Assembly (NCBI GenBank): GCA_947623465.1
Contig: CANQGU010000003.1
Location: 11,652-75,651 of the forward strand
Length of the DNA: 64,000 nt
Source: an uncultured Clostridia bacterium
GTDB lineage: Bacteria > Bacillota > Clostridia > TANB77 > CAG-508
Reading direction: 5' to 3'
The notes under the pieces are model-generated. The model was not told the DNA's origin, ran no database searches, and worked only from the letters and a program-made list of their open reading frames with translations. The position numbers and the translations under genes are program-made. Each line of letters starts with the position of its first letter. The stretch's first letter is position 1. Below, piece after piece: positions 1 through 13,804 of this stretch.

Positions 1-259
1 TTGGTTCTATTATAGTAGAAAACAAAATTTCCGGAAAATAATTAATATCAAATTTACCAGTAAAATATTGATAATATCTATGCCAATAATCTTTTGTTCC
101 ATATCTTTTACGAATTTCTTTTTTATTTTCTTTACTTATTTTTATATCTTTCCACAAATTTCTTTTTTTATAAATTTTTTTAATTTCGTAATAGTATATA
201 ACTATTCTATAATATATTGTATATAATTTATTTATTAATAATTTTATACCTTTTTTCAT
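1..259 (-). CDS. hypothetical protein, N-terminal part (ORF runs off the window start)
   Basis: ATG at 259..257, open to position 1 (MKKGIKLLINKLYTIYY...NYFPEILFSTIIEP). Absent from the ORF track because there is no stop in the window. Lies in the polysaccharide cluster. Confidence 0.4.
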   Translation of the reverse strand, partial: MKKGIKLLINKLYTIYYRIVIYYYEIKKIYKKRNLWKDIKISKENKKEIRKRYGTKDYWHRYYQYFTGKFDINYFPEILFSTIIEP

Positions 260-283
260 ATTAAACTTATTTCCCTTCTTAAT

Positions 284-1177
284 TTAATATAATCTTATCC
301 AATCTCCTAAAATCTTATCATATTCTTCAGGATGAAATCTTTCGTACCCAGCTTGAGGATAAAAAGTCATTTCTCCAAAATAAATTCTTCCATTTACTTC
401 ATAAAAATCTATCCTTAAAAATTTTATATCTTTTGCTAATTTTTTAGCTAGTTCTTTCATTTCTTCAAACTTTATAGGTTTTTTTAAATTTTTCTCTATA
501 TCACAATTTCCCTCTGTAATATCTAACTTATTCCATTCTATATCGAAATAAGTTTTTTTTAACTTTTTATATCTGTTTGAACAAACTAATACCATTTTGG
601 GTATTCCATTAATGCAAAAGAATTTATAATCTCTTAATTCTTTTTGTGTGCTTTCTTCCATATATTCTTCAACAATAATTCTTGGTTTAATATCATTATA
701 TATATATTCTCTATTAATATAGTAATAATTTTTATTTTGTGCTTTTTTTATTTTCTTTTTTGCCTTTCTTATATTTAAACTTTTTTTATCTTTGCAAATC
801 ACTATTCCTCCGCAATCATGTGTACATTTAATTACAAATTGATTTGGAAGTTTCTCAAAATCAATTTCATCAAAGTTATCATATATTCCTAATGTTGGTA
901 TTATGTATTCTTTTCCTATAATATTTGCAGCATATTTCTTTGCCTCATATTTATCTACCATTTTACTATATTCGGGATTTCTATCATATAACTTTAACCA
1001 TTGCATTTTTTCATTAAATGTAGATGGATTATCTATATCTAATTTTTTTCCTAATTTATGTTCATATTGTAATTTTAAATATTCCTTATCATCTAATCTA
1101 ATCAATCCTAATCTATCCATATAATATAATAGCATTTTTGGTTTTTTTATACATTCTAATATTTTCTTACAATTCAC
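284..1177 (-). CDS. ATP-grasp fold amidoligase, TupA-like (polysaccharide modification)
   Basis: 297 aa ORF. NPSTFNEKMQWLKLYD and a C-terminal FYEVNGRIYFGEMTFYP pattern are typical of the TupA-like ATP-grasp family. Confidence 0.7.
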   Translation of the reverse strand: MNCKKILECIKKPKMLLYYMDRLGLIRLDDKEYLKLQYEHKLGKKLDIDNPSTFNEKMQWLKLYDRNPEYSKMVDKYEAKKYAANIIGKEYIIPTLGIYDNFDEIDFEKLPNQFVIKCTHDCGGIVICKDKKSLNIRKAKKKIKKAQNKNYYYINREYIYNDIKPRIIVEEYMEESTQKELRDYKFFCINGIPKMVLVCSNRYKKLKKTYFDIEWNKLDITEGNCDIEKNLKKPIKFEEMKELAKKLAKDIKFLRIDFYEVNGRIYFGEMTFYPQAGYERFHPEEYDKILGDWIRLY

Positions 1178-1221
1178 TAAGAGTCACCTCATTATACAAA
1201 TTAAATTTATACTTATTTTTT

Positions 1222-2335
1222 TTAATAATATAATTTCTCTGTTTCTTTAATTATATCATTCCACTGATATTTATTTAATATATATTTTTGAATTGATTCA
1301 AAAGAAATATATTTCTTTTTATTTAAACTTTCTTCTATTTTTTCCTTTAAATCATCTATATTTCCTTTTTCAAAAATCGTAGCATAATCTCCTACAATCT
1401 GAGTATTTTCTTCTATATTACTCACTAAACAATTTCTTCCATAACTCATTGCCTCTAAAAGAGACAGTGGCATACCTTCTATATCACTTGGAAGGCAATA
1501 TAGATAGCAATTACTATATAATTCTTCAAGTTCTTCTCCCTGAACAAATCCTGTCATTATTATTCTATCATCTTCCGATGCCATTTTCTTTATTTTTTCT
1601 AAATAATCATTTGTATGACTTGCTCCCCCTGCAATTATTAATTTTTTTTCAGTATTGATTTGCTTAAATGCATCTATTAAATAATGTAATCCTTTTTCAG
1701 GAACAATTCTTGCTAAAAATAAAATGTAATTATTTTCATCTAACCCATATTTTTCTTTTATTATTTTTGGCTCTCTTAAAGTTGGTTTATTAACCCCATT
1801 CGGAATAAAATGTGTATCTCTATTATATGTCTCTCTAAAATATTTTTGTACTCCTTTAGATAGTACAATTATTTCATCTGCATACTTTACAGCTAACTTT
1901 TCCCCAAATTTAATATATTTTGTAGCAAAACCTCCCCATTTTGAACGCTGCCAATCTAATCCATGTATTGTAACTATTATTCTTTTTCTAAATAAATGCG
2001 GTATCCAAAGCATTGCGCAACTACCTTCTGCATGATAATGAATAACATCATATTTTCCAAATAAAACTCGTATACTTGCAAAAAAAGAATATATTAATGC
2101 ATCTATTCCTTTTTTATTTATTGTAGGAATTGTAATAATTTTTATACCTTTGTAATTTTTTATTTTCTTTTTATTACTATCAACTTTTTTATCTTGTACA
2201 TTTTTACCCATTCTGTTGTATACATCTACTTGATGTCCGTGTTGTACTAATCTAGTAGCCAATTCTTCTACTACTACTTCTACTCCGTCCTTCTCTTGAT
2301 GGGATTCTTTTATGCCCTATCATTGCTATTTTCAT
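1222..2335 (-). CDS. glycosyltransferase family 4 (GT-B); needs a +1 shift at in-frame CGG 2287..2285
   Basis: ATG 2335 gives MKIAMIGHKRIPSREG, then CGG. One base later the frame reads GVEVVVEELATRLVQHGHQVDVY and joins track ORF 1222..2262. This restores the canonical GT4 N-terminus with the EGG motif. Confidence 0.8.
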
Positions 2336-2385
2336 CTTCCAATTCCTACTCTCTATAAATTATCTTTTACATTTTATAATAAGTT

Positions 2386-3886
2386 CTAATTTATTTCAAG
2401 AACTTTAAATGTATTAAAATTGTTAATTGAATTATCTATCTTTGTATAATAATCTTTATTACATACTTTTTCACTTAAAACAATATATAATTTTTTTCCA
2501 TTGTAATTTTTAATATATTCTTGTACTTCTTCTTCGTTTTTTGCATCATTTATCAGTATTATTTTTTCATTTGGTTCTATTTTATAATATTTATATACTG
2601 TATGGTCCCCTTGAATCAAAATAATATCTTCGTTACTTGCATTTTCTTTTAAATAATTAATTACTCCTTTATAATCGTCTTTACAATAATAATAGTTAAA
2701 CCTAATATTTATTGAAGATATGAATAATATTATCAAAAGTACTCCTGCTACTATATTGTTAATTAACTTTAATTTTTGAGATTCAATTTTGTTTATATTG
2801 GATAGTATCTCTATTAATAATATAACATATACGGCAAATAAAGTTATCCAATGCCTTTCCCAAAATTGAAATTTAAATAAACATGAAAAAAGGAAAAAAA
2901 TTATTGCATATGCAAGTGTGCCTATAAGAAAAATTTTATTCTTCACTATTGTTTTTATATTTTTTTTATTAAAAAATATAATAAAATATGCTAGTGTGAT
3001 AATTATACTTACAATTATAGATAATACCCCAAATTTATTGAAGTTTCCTGCTCTTAAATCATTTCTTGATAATGCTATCCCCTGATATCCTAGAAAACAA
3101 TAAATTATATATGCTATATTTTTTAATCCTGGTATTGTCCATCCTCTTTCTGCACCACTTTTCATATATTTCATATATATAATTCCTAAAGCTAAATAAA
3201 ATGGAATAAATATTAAAAATATTTTCAAATGATTTTTTATATTTTTTCTGTCATTTATTAATACTCTTGTGACATACATCATATATGTAAAAGCAAATAT
3301 GAAATGTATTGCTATTCCTAATAAAAATACTGCATTTATTTTTATTAGGTTATTTCTTTTTCCAAAGTTTTCGTCAAAAAAAGTATAATATATAAATGCC
3401 ATTGAAACTGCAAGTAACATTATATATGGACCAATATCATTCATATAATATATAAATAATGGTTGTAATAATAAAATAAATAAAAATTTACTTGACAATC
3501 CTTTTTTATTTAAAATTTTATTTAAATAAATCAAAGCTATTATAGCAAATATAATATTGCAACTTCTCATTAAAAATTCGTTATTTCCAACTATTTTATT
3601 CCAATACCTAAAAAATAAAATTTGCAATATCTGTCTTTCTTGAAATCCTCTTTGAATTGTATCAGATAAATTTTCTTGCATTGCAGCATTTGTCCTTATT
3701 CCCTCATCTATCCATAAACTTGATTGTCCAACTGATAAGCAAAGTATACAAATAATTATAACCCATAAAAATATATTTTTATATTTACTTTCTAAATTCT
3801 TAATTTTTGTAAATATACCGGTGTGTGTGTGTGTGTGTGTGTGTGTGTACAGTTGCAACGTTTTCAGGCTCTATGTCATTTTTCAT
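2386..3886 (-). CDS. polytopic membrane protein, GT-C/ArnT-PMT-like glycosyltransferase candidate, with a 5' (AC)14 tract
   Basis: About 12 predicted TM segments with a WIDEG loop motif. SD GAAAGGAAG precedes ATG 3886. The leader MKNDIEPENVATV(HT)n ends on in-frame CGG 3820..3818, and a +1 shift gives GIFTKIKN... (track ORF 2386..3858). Confidence 0.6.
3821..3848. repeat. (GT)14/(AC)14 dinucleotide tract inside the 5' coding region
   Basis: Direct reading of the sequence. Encodes a His-Thr repeat on the minus strand. Confidence 0.95.
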
Positions 3887-3901
3887 TTTTTCTTCCTTTC
3901 A

Positions 3902-5015
<1,114 letters not shown>

Positions 5016-5033
5016 TTTTCTTCCTTTCATTGT

Positions 5034-6133
5034 CTATATTTTTATTTGTTTTCCTATTCTTTTTCCCATATTATATCTTGAATAGTTTTCTTCAAAATCT
5101 TTTCTTGCATTTATTCCAATTTCTTTTTGTTTATTTTCATCTTGCAAAATATTAATCAATTTTTCCACAAAATCTTTTTCATCTTTTTTCATTGCAAAGC
5201 CATTTATTCCATCTTTTATATACATTTCAAATAAAGTACTTGGTTTTGTTACAATAATCGGCTTATAATATGACATTGCTTTTAATAATACTGTATCTCC
5301 GAGATGCTATATTTCCATCTTGTATTGGTATAATCACAAGTTTGCATTTCGCAATATATGGAATATCAAATCTTATATCATTTCTTAATATTATGTTTTC
5401 GGGTAATTTTTCTGTGACTTTATATTCGTCACATGCAATAACTAATTTTTGCTCTTTAGGTAATTTCTTCCACACTTTGATTAAAAAATCATAATCCCTA
5501 TTTGACCTTCCTATTGATAATGAATAATTATCATACTCTACTTTAGTATTTTTATATTTTTCATATGTATCATCTATTCCAAACGGAACAACTATAAATT
5601 TTTCCATTGACAAATTAAAATCTTTACATGTTTTTTCCGCATAATTTCGTGATGGTACATGAATATAATCTATATATTTATTTTTAATGCAAAATCCCAT
5701 TAACTTCTTATATAATTTTCCCAATTTTCCTTTTTTCTCTTTATATGTGAAATTACATATAACTAGTAAATTACGCTTCTTTACTTTAAATAAATTACAA
5801 TAAAAAGCAAAGAATAATCCAAAGAATTGTTGCCAACACATAATAATGTTAAATTTTTTTCGACCGAATAAAAAATTTGATTGGATAAAATATATAAACC
5901 ATATATCTGTACAAATTAAATAATAAATTTCTTTTTCCATTACATTTTGCACTTTTTATATCAAATTTTAAGTTTGTTTTTTCTTCTATTCCCTTAATAA
6001 ATAGTTTTATTTCTTCTTCTTCACAATCTATTAGACAAATATTTCGTTTTTCATTTTTGGTAAAATTACCGGTGTGTGTGTGTGTGTGTGTGTGTACAGT
6101 ATCAACGGTTTCAAGCTTTTGCTTTAAATTCAT
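5034..6133 (-). CDS. glycosyltransferase paralog B, (AC)12 in frame (ON); two CGG +1 sites (5866..5864, 5301..5299)
   Basis: Three track ORFs (5849..6133, 5263..5952, 5034..5276) join into one protein if each in-frame CGG is followed by a +1 shift: ..PIKFFI-GRKKFNIIMCWQQ.. and ..DGNIAS-GDTVLLKAMSYYKPIIVTKPS.. (GT-B C-terminal domain). Confidence 0.7.
6072..6095. repeat. (GT)12/(AC)12 dinucleotide tract
   Basis: Direct reading of the sequence. Confidence 0.95.
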
Positions 6134-6149
6134 ATTATTCTCCCTCTTA

Positions 6150-7312
6150 TTATTTCATTTGACTTGCAATATCTTCATCAACTATTTCTTCTCCTGTTTT
6201 ATTCTTAAGTTGTTCCATAGAAACTTCAGATAAACCATTATTGATTTTAGCATGTAAATCACAAGTTGAACACTTGTCTAATTCTTCTTTAGTTACTTTT
6301 CCATCTCTAAAATCTCTAACAATTTTAAGCTCATACATAGAATACTTTTGTTTTTTAAAGAATCTTAAAAATTTATGTTTAATTACCCATAAAGCAGGTT
6401 TCCAAATATATTTATGCATTGCAGGACTTACCGAACCTATCATCCAACATTGTCTATCGCAATGTCTTACTTTGTTTCTTACATCTTCTGCTTGTTTCGA
6501 ATTCCATAACTCTTCCCAAGTTTGTTCATTTAAATTTCCCATTACTTCTTTATCTTTTGTTCCATTACATGGCATTACATCTCCATATGGATCTATAAAA
6601 AATGTATCAAATGCCATATCGCATGGTAATAATCTTTTTTGTCCAAATATGTAATTTATTAATCCATGATTAAAATATGCTCTAAACCATTTCTTTGGAG
6701 AATTAGATTTTAAAAGTTCATTTACTAAATTTTCAAATTCTTTTCCTACCATGATTCTGTCTTTTATTATGTTTTTTGCTTCAACAAAATAGAAGCTATT
6801 ATGTAGAGATGCTGTTGCAAATTCCATATTTAATTCATTTGATAAATTATATAATGCAACTAAATCTTTTGCATTTGCATCTTGAACTGTCATTCCAAAT
6901 CCAACATCTGGGTGTTTCATTTCTACTAATTTTTTTAATGTAGAATATCCTTTGTTAAATCCATCATTTAAACCTCTTATTTTATTGTTTGTTTCTTCAA
7001 GTCCTTCTATTGATATTCTTATTCCTACATTTGGAAATTCTTCACATAATTTTATTATTCTATCTGTAAAAAATCCATTTGTAGAAATCACTATTCTATC
7101 TGACTTTTTATATAACTCTCTTACAATGTCTGGTAAATCTTCTCTGATAAAAGGCTCTCCACCAGTTATATTTGTAAAATACATTTTTGGTAATTTTTTG
7201 ATTGTTTCTATACTTAATTCTTCCTCAGGTTTAGATGGAGCTTTATATCTATTGCACATTGTACATCTTGCGTTACATCTATATGTAACTATTACCGTAC
7301 CATTTAATTTTT

Positions 7313-7316
<4 letters not shown>
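6150..7316 (-). CDS. radical SAM protein with a SPASM-like C-terminal Cys cluster
   Basis: CNARCTMC (CxxxCxxC) near the N-terminus and a C-terminal Cys-rich region (CDMAFD..PCNG..CDRQC). Confidence 0.75.
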
Positions 7317-8443
<1,127 letters not shown>

Positions 8444-8468
8444 TATTCCTCCTCGTACAATTCTTATA

Positions 8469-9710
8469 TTACATTTTTAAATTTTCAAATATATTAATCA
8501 ACTTATTATAATGCTTATCAACTGAGTAAATATCTTTTAATTTTTGCAAATTGTTTTTTCCTATTTCTTTTACTAAATTATCATCATCTAATTTTAATAT
8601 TTGTTCTTTTATTTGATCTATATTTCCTAATTCAAAAAGAAATCCATTTTTTCCATCTTCTACTGTTTCAGTTAAACTTCCAATATTAGTTGCAATTACA
8701 GGTTTACCATAAGAAAATCCCTCTAATATTGTGTTTGGCAAGTTTTCATACCAAATAGATGGTACTAAAATAAATCTTGCATCTTGTATAATATTTTCTA
8801 GTTCTTGTCCTTGTTTAAAGCCTAAAAACTCTATATTTGTTATATTATTATTTTTTATATATTTTTTCAATTTTTTTGCTTCTTCTGTTGTATCATCACC
8901 CATTATTTTTAAAACATGATTATTATCTAACTTTTGATATGCTTTAATAATATATTCAACACCTTTTTCTTCTGTAATTCTTCCAAAATATAATCCATAA
9001 TTTCCAACTTTATTTGTGTCTACTTGTTTTTCTGGACAAAATGTCGGAATACATTCAATTTTATTTTTATCGAATCCATTATTCTTCAGTTTGTTTTTTA
9101 AAAACTTTGTTGGTGTTATTATTACATCAACATTTTTGTATATTTTTATTAATTTATGTATTTTCATAGAAAAAACTCTTATTAATGATGCAAATACAGA
9201 GTCTTTAACGCATTTTTTCTTTATACAACTTCTATATCCTTTTGTTAAACAATCTTCACATATTTTGTTGTTTTTCATAAAATCAAATCTAGGACATAAT
9301 AGAAAAAAGTCTGATAATCTAAGTACTACAGGCTTTTTCATTTCTTTTGCACCTTTTATTACACTTGGTGAAAGTTTATTTACAAAATGAAGTATATATA
9401 CTATATCTGGATTTGTATCTTTAATTATTTTTTTAATAGCTTTTTTAGTTTCAAATGAATATATACTTCTAGTTAACATTTGCCAAACTGTCTTTGGAGT
9501 TTTTTTACAGTCTTCAAAATAAACCGCATCTTTTCCTCCAATTGGCTCTGCAAAATATTTTTCATATTTTGTTTCTTTATTTTTATTTGATTTTATTGAA
9601 AAAGGAATAACTTCGTGTCCTTCTTCTTCTAATTTTTTTGTTATGTTAAACATATATTTTTCTGGACCACCAGAAATAAAATATCTATAGTTTACAAGTA
9701 AAATTTTCAT
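8469..9710 (-). CDS. glycosyltransferase family 4/1 (GT-B)
   Basis: 413 aa. C-terminal YENLPNTILEGFSYGKPVIATNIGS motif of GT1-type enzymes. Confidence 0.75.
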   Translation of the reverse strand: MKILLVNYRYFISGGPEKYMFNITKKLEEEGHEVIPFSIKSNKNKETKYEKYFAEPIGGKDAVYFEDCKKTPKTVWQMLTRSIYSFETKKAIKKIIKDTNPDIVYILHFVNKLSPSVIKGAKEMKKPVVLRLSDFFLLCPRFDFMKNNKICEDCLTKGYRSCIKKKCVKDSVFASLIRVFSMKIHKLIKIYKNVDVIITPTKFLKNKLKNNGFDKNKIECIPTFCPEKQVDTNKVGNYGLYFGRITEEKGVEYIIKAYQKLDNNHVLKIMGDDTTEEAKKLKKYIKNNNITNIEFLGFKQGQELENIIQDARFILVPSIWYENLPNTILEGFSYGKPVIATNIGSLTETVEDGKNGFLFELGNIDQIKEQILKLDDDNLVKEIGKNNLQKLKDIYSVDKHYNKLINIFENLKM

Positions 9711-9715
9711 TACTC

Positions 9716-10444
9716 TTAAGCTGCTCCCTCTTTTTTTATCATTTTTTTAATTGTCTTAAACAAAATTTTAGCATCTTTTTTCAAACTATGCGTATAAAAA
9801 TACAACATATCCATATCAACTCTATCATCAAATGTAACATCTGATCTTCCATTTATTTGCCAAAATCCTGTAATTCCTGGCTTACATTGAGTTATGTATT
9901 TATAATATCCATTCATATCTTCTTTTTCTCTTACTAAATATGGTCTTGGTCCTACTAAGCTCATTTCTCCTTTTAGTACATTTATAAATTGAGGAAACTC
10001 ATCTAAAGATGTTTTTCTAATAAAATTACCTATCTTTGTTATTCTTGGGTCATTTTTTAATTTTTTATATTTTTTATATTCTTTTCTTGCTTCTTCATTT
10101 TCTATTAAATATTGTTTTAATTTTTCGTCTGCTCCGACAATCATTGAACGAAATTTATACATTTTAAATAATTTGCCATTTTTTCCTATTCTTGTTTGTT
10201 TATAAAATAATGGTCCTTTATCTCCTGAAATATAATTTGCTATGTAAATGGCTATTGATAGTGGGATTAATAGTATTAACCCAAATATTGATCCTATTAT
10301 ATCTATGGTTCTTTTTATTGTTGCTTCTATTTTTATTTGAGTTCTGCTTCTATATAGTGTATCTATATGATATGGTATTAATTCTGTTGTTATATTGTTG
10401 TCTGCAACATATTCTTGTTTCACAGATTGCATTTCCATTTTCAC
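9716..10444 (-). CDS. undecaprenyl-phosphate sugar phosphotransferase (bacterial sugar transferase family)
   Basis: LDEFPQFINVLKGEMSLVGPRP motif with one N-terminal TM segment. Confidence 0.8.
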   Translation of the reverse strand: MKMEMQSVKQEYVADNNITTELIPYHIDTLYRSRTQIKIEATIKRTIDIIGSIFGLILLIPLSIAIYIANYISGDKGPLFYKQTRIGKNGKLFKMYKFRSMIVGADEKLKQYLIENEEARKEYKKYKKLKNDPRITKIGNFIRKTSLDEFPQFINVLKGEMSLVGPRPYLVREKEDMNGYYKYITQCKPGITGFWQINGRSDVTFDDRVDMDMLYFYTHSLKKDAKILFKTIKKMIKKEGAA

Positions 10445-10653
10445 TATCCCCCTTTTTACTTTTTTCTTTCACAAATCGTCGAAGTTTATTATATCATTTT
10501 TCAACATTTTTTGCAATAGTTTTCATTTAAAAATTACTGTAAAAATGGTTTCAAAATATATAAAAATAATGTCTTTATAATGTAATTGACATAAAAATAT
10601 ATCAAATAACGGATTCTTATATAGTATAACATATAACAAATCTTAAATTAATA

Positions 10654-12252
10654 TTAAACAGATTTTAAGTATGGAATCGCATATGCAAATACAAAAAATA
10701 ATCCAAGAATTACACTAAACATAGAATATACCCATGTGAGATTATGAGTTTTTTTATCTTCTTCAATGCTTATTTCTGAAGATGGACGAATATGTAATTC
10801 TTCAACAAATTCTTTGTTTTCTTTTGTAGCTGGTTTAATTTTACTACCTATAAACATAGCTAAAATACTTAAAATAACACCTATAAAAAATGGATCAAAA
10901 TATATTGGTAAAGTGATTCCTTTTAATGCAGAATAAGCTTTCGGTATAACACATCCTAAAAATCCTAATAACATTCCCCAAAATGCTCCTGTTTCACTTA
11001 CTTTTTTACTCCAAATACTTACAATTGCCACAGTGCCCCATGAACTTGCAATAACCGTACCACCAAAATACACGATCCAAAAAATTTGTTGCGGATTAAC
11101 AAAAGCAAGAACTAAAACTATTAAGCTTGCAATACACATTCCAATTCTAGAAACAAGTAGTTCTTTCTTTATAGAAGTATTTTGATATTTTGTAATTATG
11201 TCATTTGTTAATGATGACCCTATAAGCGATAAAAATGTCGAAGCAGAAGAAATCCCTGCTGATAAAATACCAGTTAACAAAATAACACCAATAATTGTTG
11301 GCATACAATTCATAGCAGCCCATATCATTGCCGTACTAGCATCAGTTAAATTAGGATTAATTTTATAGATAAATGCCGCAGAAAAATATAACATAGTAGT
11401 AACTGTTACAACACCTATAGATGCCCAAACAGAAGAACGCATTACTGTATGCTCATCTTTTGCCATAAGATATCTACTTGTTTGCCATGGACTTACCATA
11501 ACAACAATAGCCCAAACAATTCCATAAACAACTGCCCAAATTAAATTTTGGATACCAGATGGATACATATAATTCAAATTATTTGTCCATGAAATAATTC
11601 CAGGATTTGTGGTAGAATTAGCAAGTGCAACAATCCCTTCGTTCCAACCTCCAGCATGACTTACAATAAACGGAACTCCTATCAAAGCACCCACTAAAAA
11701 TACTAAAAACATAATTGTATCTGTAATAAGTACTCCTTTAGAGCCAGAATATACTGTAAAAATAGTGAAAGATAGCCAAGCTATCAAAACAGCCCATTTA
11801 TAATTTAATCCCGTAATTGTAGAAATCAATGTAGAAACACCTTGAATAGCTGAAAGTAAATAAGCAATTACTGCAACAATTAAAGTAATAGAAGCAAGCT
11901 TTCTAATCCTCTTAGAGTTAAAACGTTTTCCAAAATATTCTGGCAATGTATTTACTTTACTTCTTCTAATAAATTTTCCAAATAATCCTGCACCATATAC
12001 ATACCCAGAAGCTTGTAAAACTCCAACAATTAATATTCCCATAAAAAATCCACTATAAACTTCACCAGTATCTCCTAAAAATGCTCCCGTACTAAGAAAT
12101 GATGCAATAAGTGAACCAACAATAAGGATAGTAGGAGCTCTTCTTCCTGCAACATAATAGTCGTCTGTGTTTCTTACTTTTCTTCCTGCTATTATTCCAA
12201 TAGACATAAACACAAAAATAGCAATTATTAAACCAATTACATAAATATTCAT
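10654..12252 (-). CDS. sodium:solute symporter (SSS family)
   Basis: 532 aa, about 13 TM segments, SSS-like N-terminus (GRKVRNTDDYYVAGRR). Confidence 0.75.
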   Translation of the reverse strand: MNIYVIGLIIAIFVFMSIGIIAGRKVRNTDDYYVAGRRAPTILIVGSLIASFLSTGAFLGDTGEVYSGFFMGILIVGVLQASGYVYGAGLFGKFIRRSKVNTLPEYFGKRFNSKRIRKLASITLIVAVIAYLLSAIQGVSTLISTITGLNYKWAVLIAWLSFTIFTVYSGSKGVLITDTIMFLVFLVGALIGVPFIVSHAGGWNEGIVALANSTTNPGIISWTNNLNYMYPSGIQNLIWAVVYGIVWAIVVMVSPWQTSRYLMAKDEHTVMRSSVWASIGVVTVTTMLYFSAAFIYKINPNLTDASTAMIWAAMNCMPTIIGVILLTGILSAGISSASTFLSLIGSSLTNDIITKYQNTSIKKELLVSRIGMCIASLIVLVLAFVNPQQIFWIVYFGGTVIASSWGTVAIVSIWSKKVSETGAFWGMLLGFLGCVIPKAYSALKGITLPIYFDPFFIGVILSILAMFIGSKIKPATKENKEFVEELHIRPSSEISIEEDKKTHNLTWVYSMFSVILGLFFVFAYAIPYLKSV

Positions 12253-12275
12253 TTATTTCTTACCTTCTTTCTGTT

Positions 12276-12380
12276 TTAATGATGTTTCATTTTTTTATAA
12301 TCTATCCTAGTAATAACGCCATAAAATATAGCTCCAATTAAAAACCATATTCCAAAAGCGATTGATAATACTAATTCCAT
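12276..12380 (-). CDS. small membrane protein upstream of the symporter (possible symporter small subunit)
   Basis: SD TAGGAGGT plus ATG 12380. Product is the 34 aa MELVLSIAFGIWFLIGAIFYGVITRIDYKKMKHH. Not in the track because it is under 60 aa. Confidence 0.45.
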   Translation of the reverse strand: MELVLSIAFGIWFLIGAIFYGVITRIDYKKMKHH

Positions 12381-12393
12381 AATAATTTACCTC

Positions 12394-13176
12394 CTATATT
12401 AATTTACTAATTTTGTAAGAAATCTTTTTATAAAATTTTTCACCTATAGGTCCAAATAATTTGCGTATTTTTCTCGATTTTTTCAATCGTTTTATTGCAT
12501 TAGTCGGTAACAAAAAATACATTTGAGCATCAAATTTTGTATTACAAGGATTACATAGTCCGCATGGCCTACCCCCCCTTAATGGAGTATGGCAAAACCA
12601 AACGTGACTTATCACATCTTCATATCCCCATTTTTTTATATCTTCTATCATTTCTAAATTTGTTTTATCAAAAATCGGCAGTTTTAAATTTCCTATTATA
12701 AGATTCAACTCTTTTGAAGAATTTTCTTTATCAACAATATATCCGTCTCCTGTATTGATAAGTTTTCCATGTTTTAATATTGAATTACGAATAGGTGCAT
12801 GTTCGCCTAAAGCCTTTTCTATGCAAATTTCCAAACCAGTATATTCAGTTGCAAGGCATGCTAGCCATTCATGTTGTGCTCCCATATCTGCTTCTTTTTG
12901 AAACAATTCATAAGCTTTAGAAATTTCTTTATTTTTTGGAATACTTTCTAATTCTATTTGCTTAATAGGTAGTATTTTTGCTTTTGTTTCTTCTTTTTGC
13001 AATAATAAATTTAGTATTTCATCCATAGCTTTAAGTTCATATTTCATTGACTTTCGATTTTGATCTTTAACATAAATTGGTTGAATCGTCACATCTCTCA
13101 TTGACAATTCTATAATTCGATAAGTAGAATCAAAACCTCCTGTCCATAATACTTTAATCACATCTTCATTTTCCAT
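12394..13176 (-). CDS. PP-loop ATPase, QueC/ExsB-like
   Basis: N-terminal VLWTGGFDST (SGGxDS-like PP-loop) and a C-terminal CGLCNPC zinc motif. Confidence 0.5.
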   Translation of the reverse strand: MENEDVIKVLWTGGFDSTYRIIELSMRDVTIQPIYVKDQNRKSMKYELKAMDEILNLLLQKEETKAKILPIKQIELESIPKNKEISKAYELFQKEADMGAQHEWLACLATEYTGLEICIEKALGEHAPIRNSILKHGKLINTGDGYIVDKENSSKELNLIIGNLKLPIFDKTNLEMIEDIKKWGYEDVISHVWFCHTPLRGGRPCGLCNPCNTKFDAQMYFLLPTNAIKRLKKSRKIRKLFGPIGEKFYKKISYKISKLI

Positions 13177-13312
13177 ATTTTATCCCCACTTTCTCTTTAT
13201 CAATTATTAAATTAATATTTGCAATTTATTATTTTGAATTTTCAAAATTCATCAAAATTCGCTTGTTTAATATATCATATAAGATAAATTTTGTAAATAA
13301 TTATCATAAAAA

Positions 13313-13804
13313 TTATCTGTCTATTTTGTTTAAATTTACTTTATTACTTAATGTTTTTATTATTAATAAAATTATTAGCATTCCAAAAACAACCCCAAAA
13401 GTATCAATAAAAACATCACTTACCATAGGACCTCTACCCGGCACAAAACTCTGATGAAATTCATCTGAAATTGCATATAAAACACCTATTCCTAAACTAA
13501 ACCCTATTCTTTTGATTTGTTTTATTTTATATGTACTCATTAAGCTCATGCTTAAAATACCAACCAAAGTATAAAGTGAAAAGTGTGCTAACTTTCTTAT
13601 TATATGTTCTATTTTACCTAAAATTTCTTCTTTTTTATTTGGTTCTAATTTTTGTATTGATTCTATATTTTTGGTTACATCTTCCGTAATTTGTCTACTT
13701 AAACTACTAGATTGTTCTGCATCTTGATTTGAAAAATTAAATATGTTAGCAAACAAGGCTATAAGCATTGCAATCAATACTATTCTTAATATGTTTATTT
13801 TCAT
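13313..13804 (-). CDS. VanZ family membrane protein
   Basis: LAHFSLYTLVG ... DEFHQSFVPGRGPMVSDVFIDTFG pattern. Confidence 0.7.
   Translation of the reverse strand: MKINILRIVLIAMLIALFANIFNFSNQDAEQSSSLSRQITEDVTKNIESIQKLEPNKKEEILGKIEHIIRKLAHFSLYTLVGILSMSLMSTYKIKQIKRIGFSLGIGVLYAISDEFHQSFVPGRGPMVSDVFIDTFGVVFGMLIILLIIKTLSNKVNLNKIDR

Noticed and set aside
2386-3858. The TTG start at 3858 (track) for the membrane protein
   Set aside because: It has no SD and sits inside the conserved leader cassette. An ATG with a GAAAGGAAG SD at 3886 matches the leaders of the other three cassette genes and connects through the in-frame CGG.
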